A stretch of 64,000 nt of DNA, taken from the NCBI GenBank assembly GCA_963828625.1, contig CAWHEX010000011.1, forward strand, positions 647,041-711,040, given 5' to 3'. Positions 1 to 10,394 of the stretch are shown piece after piece; position 1 is the first letter of the stretch, and every line of letters starts with the position of its first letter. The stretch is from an uncultured Alphaproteobacteria bacterium (lineage in GTDB: Bacteria > Pseudomonadota > Alphaproteobacteria > Rhizobiales > Xanthobacteraceae). The position numbers and the translations under genes were made by a program. The notes beneath the pieces are model-generated. The model saw only the letters and a list, made by a program, of their open reading frames with translations. It was not told the origin of the DNA and ran no database searches.

Positions 1-605
1 TGCGGCTTGCCCTTCTGCACCGCGATCGCGACGCCCATCTGCTGGAAGTGGCCGTCGGTCATGCGCGAGCCGGGCACCTGCTTCACGTAGGCCGGCAGAT
101 CGCCACGGCCGAGCGCGAACGCGTCGGCGCGGCCTTCCTTCATCGCGGCGATCGCTTCGTCGACCGAGGTGACCGCCGAGATGGTGGTGTTCTTCAACGT
201 GCGTTCCGCGGCGCGAATGGTCGTGGTGTTGGCGATGCCGATGACGCGCATGCCGGCCTTGTCGACGTCCTCGACGGTCTTCGCGCCGGAGGCTGCGGTG
301 ACCATGTAGGTGCTTGCCGCCCGCACATAGTCCGGTCCGACCGCGAGGCGGTTGCGGCGCTGTTCGTCCACCGGCATGAAGCCGACATCGACCGCGCCGG
401 ATTCGACCGCATCGGTCACCTGTCCGGAATTCGGATAGAGCACGAACTCGACCGGCAGGTTGAGCTTCTTGCCCAGCGCCTCGCCGATGTCGGCGGTGAC
501 GCCGCGCGCTTTGCCTTCGCCCTCCTTGAGCACGAAGAAGGTCGACATGACGGGCGCGTACACGAGACCGACGCGCAGCGTTCCGGTGGGAGCGAGTTCT
601 TTCAT
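1..605 (-). CDS. solute-binding protein with SBP_bac_3 (amino-acid ABC type) fold; its C-terminal end lies beyond the left window edge
   Basis: Hand translation of the minus strand from the ATG at 605-603 gives MKELAPTGTLRVGLVYAPVMSTFFVLKEGEGKARGVTADIGEALGKKLNLPVEFVLYPNSGQVTDAVESGAVDVGFMPVDEQR... It is absent from the ORF track because it has no stop inside the window. This start gives no obvious signal peptide. Confidence 0.5.
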   Translation of the reverse strand, partial: MKELAPTGTLRVGLVYAPVMSTFFVLKEGEGKARGVTADIGEALGKKLNLPVEFVLYPNSGQVTDAVESGAVDVGFMPVDEQRRNRLAVGPDYVRAASTYMVTAASGAKTVEDVDKAGMRVIGIANTTTIRAAERTLKNTTISAVTSVDEAIAAMKEGRADAFALGRGDLPAYVKQVPGSRMTDGHFQQMGVAIAVQKGKP

Positions 606-681
606 GGCACCTATCAATGAAATTGCATTGTCACATCGGCGGGGATTGCCGCACACTTAACGGCACTCAGGGAGAAACGCC

Positions 682-1528
682 ATGCCTCGCCCATCCGTCG
701 CCGAGAAGCGCCGCACGTTCCGCAAGCTGCACGAATCCGGCTGCTGGGTGATCCCGAACCCGTGGGACGTGGGCTCGGCGCGCTGGCTGCAGGGGCTCGG
801 CTTCAAGGCGCTCGCTTCGACATCGTCGGGCTATGCGTGGTCGGAGGGCTATGCGGACACCGCGGTCGGCGTCGACATGGTGCTTGGGCATCTGAAGGAG
901 ATCGTGGCGGCGACGGACGTGCCGGTGAACGCCGATTTCGAGGGCGGCTACGCGGACGATCCGGCGGGCGTCGCGAAGAACGTCACGCGCTGTTGCGAGA
1001 CCGGCGTCGCGGGCCTGTCGATCGAGGATTCGACCGGCAACAAGGACAAGCCGCTGTACGATATTCCGTTCGCGGTCGAGCGCATGAAGGCGGCGCGCGC
1101 CGCGATCGACAAGGCGGGCGGCGAAGTGTTCCTCACCGGCCGCGCCGAGGGCTTCATCGATGGCGTGCCCGATCTCGAACAGATGATCGCGCGGCTCAAG
1201 GCGTATTCGGCCGCGGGCGCGGATTGCCTCTACGCGCCGGGCATCAAGACGCGCGAGCAGATCGAGGCGGTGTGCAAGGCGGTCGCGCCGAAGCCGGTGA
1301 ATTTCCTCAACGGCGCGGCGTTCGGGCATTCGGTGTCCGATCTGGCCGAGCATGGGCGTGCGGCGCATCAGCGTCGGCGGCGCGCTCGCGCGCTCGGCCT
1401 GGGGCGGCTTCACCCGCATGGCGAAGGAGATCGCCGAGCAGGGCACGTTCACGGGCTTCAAGGACGCGGCCAGCGGCGGCGAACTCAACGGCTTCTTCAC
1501 CAAGGACAAGGCGGCGCGCGAAGCATGA
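682..1528 (+). pseudogene. isocitrate lyase/PEP mutase superfamily enzyme (2-methylisocitrate-lyase-like), reading frame broken near 1350
   Basis: Frame 1 (ORF 682..2013) reads MPRPSVAEKRRTFRKLHESGCWVIPNPWDVGSARWLQGLGFKALASTSSGYAWSEGY...LYAPGIKTREQIEAV...VSDLAE. The conserved C-terminus GVRRISVGGALARSAWGGFTRMAKEIAEQGTF...KDKAAREA* continues in frame 2 from about 1352 to the TGA at 1526-1528. Confidence 0.75.
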
Positions 1529-2191
1529 GCGACCTGACGAACTGGAAAGGCGTTCCGTTTCCCGAACGCAAGGTGCTGGAAGGCCGCTACTGCCGCCTCG
1601 AGCCGCTGGATGTCGGCAAGCATGGCGCGGACATTTCCGCGGCGATGCAGGGCGCAAATTCCGTGTGGGACTATCTGCCCGCGCCGCCGCCGAAGGATCG
1701 CGCCGAATACGATGCGCTGCTCAAGTCGATGGTCGAGAACACGACCATTTGCCCCTACGCGGTGATCGACAAACAAGACGGCAAGGCCAAGGGCCACATG
1801 TGGATCATGGAGATCCGCCCGGCGCAGGGCGTGTTCGAGGTCGGCTGGATCACCTATTCGCCATCGATGCAGCGCACCCGCATGGCGACCGAGGCGGTGT
1901 ATCTGATCGGCGACTACGGGTTCGGCCTCGGCTACCGGCGCTACGAATGGAAGTGCAACAATCTGCAACGAGCCTTCCAAGCGCGCGGCGCTGCGCTTCG
2001 GCTTCAAGTATGAGGGGCTTTTCCGCCAGCACATGGTGGTGAAGGGCCACAACCGCGACACCGCCTGGTATTCGATCATCGATACCGAATGGCCGGCGCG
2101 GAAGGCCGCGTTCGAGCGCTGGCTCGCGCCGGATAATTTCGACGCGCAGGGCAAGCAGAAGGCGAGCCTGTCCTCGCTCAACGCGGCGTGA
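1525..2191 (+). pseudogene. GNAT N-acetyltransferase (RimJ/RimL-like), frame broken near 1965
   Basis: Frame 1 reads MSDLTNWKGVPFPERKVLEGRYCRLEPL...GVFEVGWITYSPSMQRTRMATEAVYLIGDYGFGLGYRRYEWKCNNL. Frame 2 then reads EPSKRAALRFGFKYEGLFRQHMVVKGHNRDTAWYSIIDTEWP...SLNAA*, with the stop at 2189-2191. There is an extra c in aatctg-c-aacgag. The start overlaps the upstream gene by ATGA. Confidence 0.7.
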
Positions 2192-2631
2192 CGCTGCGGC
2201 GTGCGACGATCGCTGACCTGCCTGCCGTGACGGCGCTGCAACGCGCGGCCTACGCGAAGAATCGCCCGCTGCTCGGTGTCGAACCGCTGCCGCTGCTCGC
2301 CGACTACGCGCAGGTCTTTGCCGATTACGAGGTCTGGCTCGCGGAGCGCGACGGTGCGCTCGATGGCGTGCTGATCCTTGAGCCGCGCGCCGGCGACCTG
2401 CTGATCTGGAGCGTCGCGAGCGCACCCGCCGCGCAACGAACCGGCGTCGGCAACCGCATGCTGGCCTTCGCGGAGCAACGCGCGCGCGAGGTCGGTTTGC
2501 CCTGCATCCGGCTTTACACCGGGGAGCCGCTCACCGGGAACATCGCGTGGTACGGCCGTCACGGCTACGCGCACGAGCGCATCGAGGACATGGGTGACCG
2601 CCGCATCGTGCATCTGATAAAGCAGCTTTGA
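2188..2631 (+). CDS. GNAT family N-acetyltransferase
   Basis: 147-aa ORF. The acetyl-CoA binding region resembles QRTGVGNRMLAFAEQRARE. The GTG start overlaps the preceding stop (GTGA). Confidence 0.7.
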   Translation: MTLRRATIADLPAVTALQRAAYAKNRPLLGVEPLPLLADYAQVFADYEVWLAERDGALDGVLILEPRAGDLLIWSVASAPAAQRTGVGNRMLAFAEQRAREVGLPCIRLYTGEPLTGNIAWYGRHGYAHERIEDMGDRRIVHLIKQL

Positions 2632-2650
2632 AGAAACCAAGGAGGCGGAG

Positions 2651-3409
2651 TTGGCGGGAAGATTGAAGGGCAAGGTCGCGCTGGTGACGGCGGCGGGGCA
2701 GGGGATCGGGCGCGCGATCGCGGAGGCGTTCGTCGCCGAGGGCGCGAAGGTGATCGCGACCGACCTCGACGTGAAGAAACTCAAGGGCCTCAAGAAGGCG
2801 ACGGTCGCCAAGCTCGATGCGCGCTCGACCAAGGACGTCAACGCGCTGGTCAAGGAGATGAGCCGGAAGGTCGGCACCATCGACGTGCTGGTGAACGCGG
2901 CGGGCTACGTGCACCACGGCACCGTGCTCGACTCCACCGACGAGGAATGGGATTTCGCGTTCGATCTCAACGTCCGCTCGATGGACCGCACCATCAGGGC
3001 GACGCTGCCCGCGATGCTGAAGAAGGGCAAAGGCTCGATCGTCAACATCGCGTCGGGCGCATCGTCGGTGCGCGGCATTCCGTTCCGCTACGTGTACGGC
3101 ACCACCAAGGCCGCGGTGATCGGGCTCACCAAGTCGGTCGCGGCGGACTACATCCGCAAGGGCATCCGGGTGAACGCGATCTGCCCCGGCACGATCGTTT
3201 CGCCCTCGCTCGACGACCGCATCAAGACGCTGGCCAAGAAGACCGGTGCGTCCGAGAAAATCGTGCGTCAGCAGTTCGTCGACCGCCAGCCGATGGGCCG
3301 GCTCGGCACGCCGGAGGAGATCGCGGCGCTGGCGGTTTACCTCGCGTCGGATAAGTCGAGCTACACCACGGGGCAGATTCACCTCGCGGACGGCGGGTTT
3401 GCGCTGTAG
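2651..3409 (+). CDS. SDR family NAD(P)-dependent oxidoreductase
   Basis: 252-aa ORF with the TAAGQGIGRAI dinucleotide motif, NAAG, and the catalytic YGTTKAAV (YxxxK). An aaggagg RBS lies upstream of the TTG start. Confidence 0.85.
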   Translation: MAGRLKGKVALVTAAGQGIGRAIAEAFVAEGAKVIATDLDVKKLKGLKKATVAKLDARSTKDVNALVKEMSRKVGTIDVLVNAAGYVHHGTVLDSTDEEWDFAFDLNVRSMDRTIRATLPAMLKKGKGSIVNIASGASSVRGIPFRYVYGTTKAAVIGLTKSVAADYIRKGIRVNAICPGTIVSPSLDDRIKTLAKKTGASEKIVRQQFVDRQPMGRLGTPEEIAALAVYLASDKSSYTTGQIHLADGGFAL

Positions 3410-3484
3410 CGAAAGCGTGATTGTGCACGTCGCAATTCCGCCGCGTTGACCCCACTTCTATGCGGCCAACGCGGAGGCCTCTCC

Positions 3485-4231
3485 ATGACCGGCGAAAAGA
3501 AACCCCGATCACGCTTCGTCGGCCTGCTCGGCCAGTTCGCGTCCATCGTCGTCATGGTGCTGCTGATCAAGACGGTGGCGGCGGAGGCCTACTACGTGCC
3601 GTCCGGCTCGATGCTGCCGAGCCTGCTGATCGGCGATCAGCTGATGGTCTCGAAATTCCCGTACGGCTACAGCCGCTATTCGATGCCGGTGCCGCTCGCG
3701 CCCGCGTCGGAGGAGCGATTGCTCGGGCGGCTGCCGCAATACGGCGACGTCGTGGTGTTTCGCCTGCCGCGCGATCCGGACCAGACCTGGGTCAAGCGCG
3801 TGGTCGGGCTGCCGGGCGACCGCGTGCAGATGCGCGACGGGCGGCTGTGGGTGAATGGTGCGATACTGCCGCTGCGCCGCGACGGCAGCGGCCTCGCGGA
3901 GGGCGACGTTACGGCGCCGCGCTTTGTCGAGACGCTCCCGAATGGGCACGAGCATCCGATCTTCAAGCTTCGCCGCAACGGCGAACTCGACGACACGCCG
4001 GTGTTCACGGTCCCGCCCGGCCAGATTTTCGTTATGGGAGACAACCGCGACAACTCGCTCGACAGCCGCGTCGCGCCGCGCGACGGCGGGGTCGGGACGG
4101 TGCCGGTGGAAAATCTCGTCGGGCGTGTCGATGCGATCCTCGGATCATGGGACCCGGCGGTGCGGCACGATCCGCTGTGGAGCTGGCCCGCGGGCCTGCG
4201 GCTTTCGCGGTTCTTCTCGCGCGTGGAGTGA
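3485..4231 (+). CDS. lepB: signal peptidase I
   Basis: Inside ORF 3446..4231. The ATG at 3485 gives MTGEKKPRSRF followed by a TM helix. Motifs present: SGSMLPSLLIGD, VVVFRLP..WVKRVVGLPGD, FVMGDNRDNSLDSR. Confidence 0.9.
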   Translation: MTGEKKPRSRFVGLLGQFASIVVMVLLIKTVAAEAYYVPSGSMLPSLLIGDQLMVSKFPYGYSRYSMPVPLAPASEERLLGRLPQYGDVVVFRLPRDPDQTWVKRVVGLPGDRVQMRDGRLWVNGAILPLRRDGSGLAEGDVTAPRFVETLPNGHEHPIFKLRRNGELDDTPVFTVPPGQIFVMGDNRDNSLDSRVAPRDGGVGTVPVENLVGRVDAILGSWDPAVRHDPLWSWPAGLRLSRFFSRVE

Positions 4232-4329
4232 CGCGTCCGCGCGGCGCAACCTTCTCGCCTGAGGAGCGACGCGAGCGGGGGTATCTGGCCGCGCGTTCGG
4301 TTGATAAAACCGTCTTCGGATCGACCACG

Positions 4330-4348
4330 CTCTCCCTTCAGGGGAGAG
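4330..4348. repeat. REP-like GC hairpin (ctctccc-ttca-ggggagag) downstream of lepB
   Basis: A 7-bp stem with a 4-nt loop is seen directly. It translates as ...SPFRGES... in a spurious ORF, a common repeat signature in this lineage. No T-tract follows, so it is not a canonical terminator. Confidence 0.4.
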
Positions 4349-4378
4349 AGTCTCATCGAGCTTCTGGAGAGAGTCTTC

Positions 4379-5361
4379 ATGCACATTCTGATTACCGGGG
4401 CGGCCGGCATGGTCGGGCGCAAGCTGACGGAGCGGCTGGTCGAGAAGCGGCCTGAACGGGGCGCCGATCGACAAGCTCACGTTGGTCGATGTGGTGAAGC
4501 CGGACGCGCCGGCAGGCTTTTCCGGCAAGGTCGACGCACAGGCGATGGACATCGCGGTGCAGGGCACCGGGCGCAAGCTCGTCGCCGGCCGGCCCGACGC
4601 GATCTTCCATCTCGCGGCGGTCGTCTCGGGCGAGGCCGAGACCGATTTCGAGAAGGGCTACCGCATCAACCTCGTGCCGTTCCACGAACTGCTCGAAGCA
4701 ATCCGTTGTGCGGGCGGCGGCTATCACCCCAAGCTGGTGTTCACGTCATCGATCGCGGTATTCGGCGCGCCGTTCCCGAGCGAGATTCCCGACGACTTTC
4801 ATCACACGCCGCTCACCTCCTACGGCGCGCAGAAGGGCATCTGCGAACTTCTGCTGGCCGACTACACGCGCAAGGGCTTTCTCGACGGCGTCGGCATCCG
4901 GCTTCCCACCATCTGCGTGCGGCCCGGCAAGCCGAACAAGGCGGCCTCGGGCTTCTTCTCCAACATCATCCGCGAGCCGTTGGCCGGGCACGAAGCGGTG
5001 CTTCCCGTGCAGGAAAGCGTGATGCACTGGCACGCCAGCCCGCGCTCCGCGGTCGGCTTCCTGATGCATGCGGCCTCGCTGTCGCGCGAGACGCTCGGGC
5101 CCCGCATCAACCTCACCATGCCGGGTGTCGCCTGCACGGTCGGCGAGCAGATCGGGGCGCTCGGCCGCGTGGCCGGGCGACAACGTCGTGGCGCGCATCC
5201 GCCGCGAGCCGGACGCCGCGATCATGAAGATCGTGTCGGGCTGGCCGACGCGGTTCGACGCCAAGCGCGCAAGGGCGCTCGGGTTCAAGGTCGAGGACAC
5301 ATTCGAGGAGATCATCCGGGTCCATGTCGACGACGAACTGGGGGGCCGGATCGCGGCGTAA
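4379..5361 (+). pseudogene. NAD-dependent epimerase/dehydratase family protein (D-erythronate dehydrogenase DenD-like), two frame breaks
   Basis: Frame 2 gives MHILITGAAGMVGRKLTERLVEK. Frame 0 gives ...IDKLTLVDVVKPDAPAGFSGKV...SSIAVFGAPFP...YGAQKGICELLLADY...ICVRPGKPNKAASGFFSNIIREPL (ORF 4482..5390). Frame 1 gives DNVVARIRREPDAAIMKIVSGWPTRFDAKRARALGF...ELGGRIAA* (ORF 5068..5361). The breaks are near 4450-4480 and near 5165. Confidence 0.75.
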
Positions 5362-5421
5362 CCGGGAGCTTGCTTCCGGCGCTTCGATGACTAAATTGCC
5401 GGTGAATCAGGCCTATCTTCC

Positions 5422-6243
5422 ATGAACTACATCGATGCGGCCTTCGCGCCGTTGCGCAAGACCGGACAGATCAAGCTTTACGGGCCGGAGGCTTTCGCCG
5501 GCATGCGCAAGGCCGGCCGGCTTGTCGCCGCTTGCCTCGACGAGCTTGCGCCGATCGTGCAGCCCGGCGTTCCGACCGAGCAGATCAACAAGTTCGTGTT
5601 CGACTTCGCGATGGATCACGGCGCGCGGCCCGCGACCTTGATGTATCGCGGCTACAACAAGTCGACCTGCACATCGATCAACCACGTGGTCTGCCACGGC
5701 ATCCCGAACGAGAAGCCGCTCAAGGAAGGCGACATCGTCAACGTCGATGTGACGCTGATCCTCGACGGCTGGCACGGCAACTCCAGCCGCATGTATCCGG
5801 TCGGCGAAGTTCCGCGCAAAGCCGAGCGCCTGATCGAGGTCACCTACGACGCCATGATGCGCGGCATCGCGGCAGTGAAGCCCGGCCGCACCACCGGCGA
5901 CATCGGCCATGCGATCCAGAGCTTCGTCGAGCCGCAGCACATGAGCGTCGTGCGCGACTTCTGCGGGCATGGGCTTGGCCGCCTGTTCCATGACGAGCCG
6001 AACATCGTGCACATCGGCCGGCCCGGCGAAGGCATCGTGCTCAAGCCCGGCATGCTGTTCACGGTCGAGCCGATGATCAATCTCGGCCGGCCGCACGTGA
6101 AGGTGCTATCCGACGGCTGGACCGCGGTGACGCGCGACCGCTCGCTTTCGGCGCAGTTCGAGCACACCGTCGGCGTCACGCCGGATGGCTGCGAGGTGTT
6201 CACGATCTCGCCGGGCGGGCGCCACAAGCCGCCTTACGTCTAG
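5422..6243 (+). CDS. map: type I methionine aminopeptidase
   Basis: 273-aa ORF with motifs VCHGIP, DIVNVDVT, FCGHGLG, FTVEPM, AQFEHTV. Confidence 0.95.
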   Translation: MNYIDAAFAPLRKTGQIKLYGPEAFAGMRKAGRLVAACLDELAPIVQPGVPTEQINKFVFDFAMDHGARPATLMYRGYNKSTCTSINHVVCHGIPNEKPLKEGDIVNVDVTLILDGWHGNSSRMYPVGEVPRKAERLIEVTYDAMMRGIAAVKPGRTTGDIGHAIQSFVEPQHMSVVRDFCGHGLGRLFHDEPNIVHIGRPGEGIVLKPGMLFTVEPMINLGRPHVKVLSDGWTAVTRDRSLSAQFEHTVGVTPDGCEVFTISPGGRHKPPYV

Positions 6244-6346
6244 CCGCGGCGCGCCCACAACCTGCTTCGCCCAAGGATTGCAATTCTGCGGTTTACCGTC
6301 ATCCTGTAGCTCCGGCGCAACCCGCAAGGCAGCGCCAGCAGGTTGA

Positions 6347-7081
6347 TTGATGCGTTCACGCCGCACGTCCTCCACCTCAGCCTCGGCACAGCCCGGCCTC
6401 GCGGAAGCGCCGCCGCACTTCCACGGCCACCGCGAGCGGCTGCGCGCGCGCTTCATGGAGGCGGGCGCGGAGGCGCTGGCCGACTACGAGATGCTGGAGC
6501 TCATTCTCTTTCGCGCGGTGCCGCGGCGCGACGTGAAACCGCTCGCCAAGGATCTGCTGGCGAAGTTCGGCTCGTTCGCCGAAGTGATCTCGGCATCACC
6601 GCAGCGCCTTGCGGAGATCGCGGGGCTGGGTGAAGCGGCCATCACGGAGTTCAAGGTTGTACAGGCGGCCGCGCACCGGCTCGCCCGCGGGCAGGTCAAG
6701 AAACGACCGGCGCTCTCCTCATGGCATTCGGTGCTCGACTATTGCCGCGCCGCGCAGGCCTTTGCCGAGAAGGAACAGTTCCGCATCCTGTTCCTCGACA
6801 AGCGCAACCAGCTCATCGCCGACGAAGTGCAGCAGGAAGGCACGGTCGATCATACGCCGGTCTATCCGCGCGAGGTGGTCAAGCGCGCGCTCGAACTGTC
6901 GGCGACTGCCATCATCCTGGTGCACAATCATCCGTCAGGCGATCCAACGCCCTCGCAGGCCGACATCGACATGACCAAGCAGATCGCGAGTGTCGCGAAA
7001 CCGCTCGGCGTGCAGCTCTACGATCACATCATCGTCGGCAAGGAAGGCCACGCCAGCCTGAAGGGGCTGCGGCTGTTCTAA
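6347..7081 (+). CDS. radC: RadC family (JAMM-like) protein
   Basis: 244-aa ORF. The C-terminal part has [26 protein letters not shown]. The N-terminal part is helix-hairpin-helix-like ([27 protein letters not shown]). Confidence 0.9.
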   Translation: MMRSRRTSSTSASAQPGLAEAPPHFHGHRERLRARFMEAGAEALADYEMLELILFRAVPRRDVKPLAKDLLAKFGSFAEVISASPQRLAEIAGLGEAAITEFKVVQAAAHRLARGQVKKRPALSSWHSVLDYCRAAQAFAEKEQFRILFLDKRNQLIADEVQQEGTVDHTPVYPREVVKRALELSATAIILVHNHPSGDPTPSQADIDMTKQIASVAKPLGVQLYDHIIVGKEGHASLKGLRLF

Positions 7082-7941
7082 CCGGCCAGCCGGAGAAACG
7101 TCCGGATATGGCCGAGAACGTCGTCCGGCTTGTCGTGATGCAGCCAGTGTCCTGCGCCGGTGATCGTTTCGGCCCGGGCGTCCCGAAAATAGCTTACCAA
7201 TCCGGCGGCTTCCGAAACCTTGAGGAAGCTCTCGTCGGCGTGCAGCAGCAGCGTCGGGCAAGCGATGCGCGACCAGAGGGAAACGTGGTCGTCAGGCAGA
7301 AGCCGGTTCGGCGCCATCGCACGCTGGTAGGGGTCGAACTTCCAACTGTAGGTGCCGTCTGCGTTTCGCCTCACGCCGAAGGTCGTGAGGTGCCGGGCCA
7401 ATGCATCCGGCAGCCGCTTGTTGTGCGCCTGCATCTGCGCGGCCGCCTCCTCGATCGTGCGATAACGGCGCGGCTCGCGTTCTTCCAATGCGTCAAGCTG
7501 GCCGATCCATTTTGTAATTCGTTCGTGCGCCGGCGCTCTCTTCGCATTCGGTAGGACTGTCACGCCGTCGAGCACGACCAGAGCCGCTACCTGTTCGGGG
7601 AACGTGCCGGAGAACATCAGCCCGACCATCCCGCCCATCGAATGGCCGACAATCGTCACCTGTTCCGTCGTCGTGCCGCGCACGAGCCGTGACAGGTCGT
7701 ACACGTACTCGGTCAGGGCGTAGCTGCCGCCCTTTGTCCAATCGGAATCGCCGTGCCCGCGCAGATCCGGCGCAAGGATATGAAAATGCGGCCGCAACGA
7801 TTGCGCGATATGATCCCAGCTGCGGCAATGATCGCGGCCGCCGTGAACCAGAAGCATCAGCGGCGCGGTTTCGTTGCCCCAATCCACATAGTGGAGCCTC
7901 AGACCTTGCGACTGGAAAAAGCAACTCTGCGGAGCAGACAT
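7078..7941 (-). CDS. alpha/beta fold hydrolase
   Basis: 287-aa ORF with [13 protein letters not shown], the nucleophile elbow GHSMGG, and a C-terminal GAGHWLHHD. Confidence 0.85.
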   Translation of the reverse strand: MSAPQSCFFQSQGLRLHYVDWGNETAPLMLLVHGGRDHCRSWDHIAQSLRPHFHILAPDLRGHGDSDWTKGGSYALTEYVYDLSRLVRGTTTEQVTIVGHSMGGMVGLMFSGTFPEQVAALVVLDGVTVLPNAKRAPAHERITKWIGQLDALEEREPRRYRTIEEAAAQMQAHNKRLPDALARHLTTFGVRRNADGTYSWKFDPYQRAMAPNRLLPDDHVSLWSRIACPTLLLHADESFLKVSEAAGLVSYFRDARAETITGAGHWLHHDKPDDVLGHIRTFLRLAG

Positions 7942-8440
7942 GGCCCTTCAATCTATGAAACGACGGGAATTTTCAAATCCCTCGACCGCCACCGGGCAAT
8001 GCCTGTGCGGCTCGGTGCACTTTGAAATCGATTATCCGGCATTCTGGGCGTGGCATGACCACAGCCGCGCAAGCCGCCTCGCGCATGGCGCGGCCTATGC
8101 GACCTATGTCGGCACTTGGCGCAAGAAATACCGTGTCACGGCTGGCGAGGACGACATTGCGCGCTACGAAGACGAGGCGAAGGGAAGCACGCGCAGCTTC
8201 TGCCGGCGCTGCGGCACGCCTCTGCTTTACGAACGTTCCGGGCCGCGCCGCATGGTCAACATTCCGCGCGCTCTGTTTGCGAGCCGCACCGGCCGCCAGC
8301 CACTCTATCATGTCGGCATCGACGAGATGCAGGACTGGACCTATGCGGGGGAGGCGCTCGTCCCGCTCAAAGGTTATCCGGGCGTGGTGTGGAACCGGTC
8401 GAAAAAGAAGAAGCGTTCGGACGAGCCCGCCGCGTTCTGA
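7940..8440 (+). CDS. GFA/CENP-V family protein (glutathione-dependent formaldehyde-activating-like fold)
   Basis: 166-aa ORF with GQCLCGSVHFEI and FCRRCGTPLLYE cysteine pairs, plus a Lys-rich tail. Confidence 0.55.
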   Translation: MALQSMKRREFSNPSTATGQCLCGSVHFEIDYPAFWAWHDHSRASRLAHGAAYATYVGTWRKKYRVTAGEDDIARYEDEAKGSTRSFCRRCGTPLLYERSGPRRMVNIPRALFASRTGRQPLYHVGIDEMQDWTYAGEALVPLKGYPGVVWNRSKKKKRSDEPAAF

Positions 8441-8446
8441 CGCCGC

Positions 8447-9142
8447 TTAAGGCCGCACCATCAGCATCGGCGGGCGCGCGGCCGGGATGCGGCTCCAGAT
8501 GTTCGCTTCGTTCTCCTCGAAGCGCCACGCTTGGCCGTTGGCGGCGAGCACCACGAACTGGCCGCGGTCGAGCTTCCAGGACACGGGGTTGAAGCGCGTG
8601 ATGGTCTGGTCGCAGCCGGGCTTGAGCGTGAGCACGAAGCTGTCGGCATCGTGGGCGGTGTTGCCGAGCGTGAGGGCGCAGATAGCGCGGCCGGGACCGC
8701 GCGTGATCTGCCATTCGCCGAACAGGTCGTCGGTGATGCGCTCCTGGCCGGTCGCGGCGAGCGTCTGCAGGAAATAGTGGGTGAAGCGCGGCGTCGTCTC
8801 GTACATGCCGCTTTCGACTTCGGTGAGTTCGAGCAGCACGACACCCTTGGCGTCGATCAGCTTGAGCGCATCGTCGCTGCCCATCGTCCAGGCGGCGGCC
8901 ACACGCAGGTCGGGGAACGCGGCCGCGCAGGTCGCGCCCTGCGTCACCGAGCGCCCGGGCGCGGCGGCATCGAGCTTGAAGGTGAGCGTGCAGCGCCGGT
9001 CGCGATCCGGGTTGGACAACTCCCACACGCCGACCAGCGCCCGCGCGGCGTCGCTCGGTTGCGGGCTGCTGCGCGGCGCGGGCGTCTGCGCGAGGGCAGG
9101 GGAGGCGAGCGCCAGCAGGAAGGCGACGAGCAATCGCATCAT
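8447..9142 (-). CDS. secreted protein with two tandem AprI/Inh-like (metalloprotease inhibitor / Omp19-like) domains
   Basis: 231-aa ORF with a signal peptide (MMRLLVAFLLALASPALAQ). It has two ~90-aa repeats, each with the pattern G.W.L....C.L.......C.....W....L.L. The repeats are VGVWELSN..RRCTLTFK..GATCAAAF..AAWTM and FGEWQITR..AICALTL..PGCDQTI..VSWKL. Confidence 0.5.
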   Translation of the reverse strand: MMRLLVAFLLALASPALAQTPAPRSSPQPSDAARALVGVWELSNPDRDRRCTLTFKLDAAAPGRSVTQGATCAAAFPDLRVAAAWTMGSDDALKLIDAKGVVLLELTEVESGMYETTPRFTHYFLQTLAATGQERITDDLFGEWQITRGPGRAICALTLGNTAHDADSFVLTLKPGCDQTITRFNPVSWKLDRGQFVVLAANGQAWRFEENEANIWSRIPAARPPMLMVRP

Positions 9143-9161
9143 GCCGCCACCTGCCGCATCA

Positions 9162-10133
9162 TTACGGCTTCTTTGCCGGCGTCTCGGCGACCGGCGTCAG
9201 CGCACCCTTGCCGGCGAACCACGAGATGATGTTGTTCGCCACAAGTTCGTCCATCGCGCGGCGCGTCGCATGGGAGGCGGAGCCGACGTGCGGTAGCAGC
9301 ACGACGTTTTCCATGTCGATCAGTTCCTGCGGGACCTGCGGCTCCTGCGCGAACACGTCGAGGCCGGCGGAGAGGATCGTCTTGTCCTTCAGCGCCTTGA
9401 CCAGCGCCTGCTCGTCCACCACCGAGCCGCGCGCCACGTTGATCAGGATGCCCTCGGGCCCAAGCGCCTTGAGCACGTCCGCGTTGACGAGATTCTTCGT
9501 CGCCGCCCCGCCCGGCGTGATGACGATCATCAGGTTCACGTCGCGCGCCATGTCGAGGATGTTCGGATAGTGCTTGTAGGGTACGTCGGCCGGCCGGCGC
9601 GAGTGATAGACCACCGGAACCTGCATCGCGTCGAAGCGGCGCGCAATCGCCTTGCCGATCCGGCCCATGCCGACGATGCCGACCGTGCGATCGCGCAGGG
9701 ACGGCGTGAGCTGATAGTCGCCGTGCTTCGGCCAGTTGCCGGCGCGCAGGTATTTTTCGGCCTGCGGCAAATGCCGGACGGTGCAGAGCGTGAGCCCGAG
9801 CGCGGTGTCGGCCACTTCCTCGTTCAGCACGTCCGGGGTGTTGGTGACGATGATGCCGTTCTGGCCCGCCCATTTCGCGTCGATATGGTCGTAGCCGACG
9901 CCGAAGCTCGACACGATCTCGAGCTTGGGAAACCGCGACATGATGGCGCTGTCGACCGATCCATGACCGGCCACCGCCGCAATGGCGCGCACGCGCGGCG
10001 CGATCGAGGCGACAAAGGCGTCACGATCCGGCGCTGCCCAAGCCTTGTGCACCTCGAAACCCGCCTTGGTCAGGGCCTCTTCGATGATCGGCTTCGGGCC
10101 GAACATCGCGACATCGGCTTTATCGCCGGGCAT
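9162..10133 (-). CDS. D-isomer-specific 2-hydroxyacid dehydrogenase (glyoxylate/hydroxypyruvate reductase-like)
   Basis: 323-aa ORF with the GIVGMGRIGKAIARRF Rossmann motif, NVARGSVVDE and LLPHVGSAS. Confidence 0.9.
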   Translation of the reverse strand: MPGDKADVAMFGPKPIIEEALTKAGFEVHKAWAAPDRDAFVASIAPRVRAIAAVAGHGSVDSAIMSRFPKLEIVSSFGVGYDHIDAKWAGQNGIIVTNTPDVLNEEVADTALGLTLCTVRHLPQAEKYLRAGNWPKHGDYQLTPSLRDRTVGIVGMGRIGKAIARRFDAMQVPVVYHSRRPADVPYKHYPNILDMARDVNLMIVITPGGAATKNLVNADVLKALGPEGILINVARGSVVDEQALVKALKDKTILSAGLDVFAQEPQVPQELIDMENVVLLPHVGSASHATRRAMDELVANNIISWFAGKGALTPVAETPAKKP

Positions 10134-10394
10134 GCACGCTTCTCCTCGATGAACGGAACCGGCGCGAGACGCAGGGCGCGTCGCGGCCGGGCGCAGAGTC
10201 CTCGATCCGCCGACCGCCCGTCAAGCGCGAAAGTCGCAGCGCCCATTGCCTGAACTTTGCCCACGGGCGGAAGGCGATTTTCCCGGCTGCCGATCTGCGC
10301 TAGCATTGACTTACGGTCCGCCCACGGCGGATGACTCGACGCAGCCCATAAAACTAACATGTCAAGGGCCGCGTACTTGGGAGGAGTTCACTGA

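Noticed and set aside
667-2880. A 737-aa minus-strand ORF, and many other long ORFs such as 11227..12969(-), 14778..15851(-), 29070..30677(-), 31847..33424(-), 39859..41481(-), 48003..49409(-) and 49840..51918(+, N-terminal part).
   Set aside because: They lie antisense to, or out of frame with, genes that have clear family motifs. Their translations are Arg/Ala/Gly/Pro-rich low-complexity sequence, typical of shadow ORFs in GC-rich DNA. None shows a recognisable domain.
10134-10394. A 260-nt intergenic region between the 2-hydroxyacid dehydrogenase and the ABC operon, examined for a small gene, riboswitch or repeat.
   Set aside because: I saw no ORF with an RBS, no strong secondary structure and no similarity to the other repeats in the window. 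It is most likely a plain divergent promoter region.
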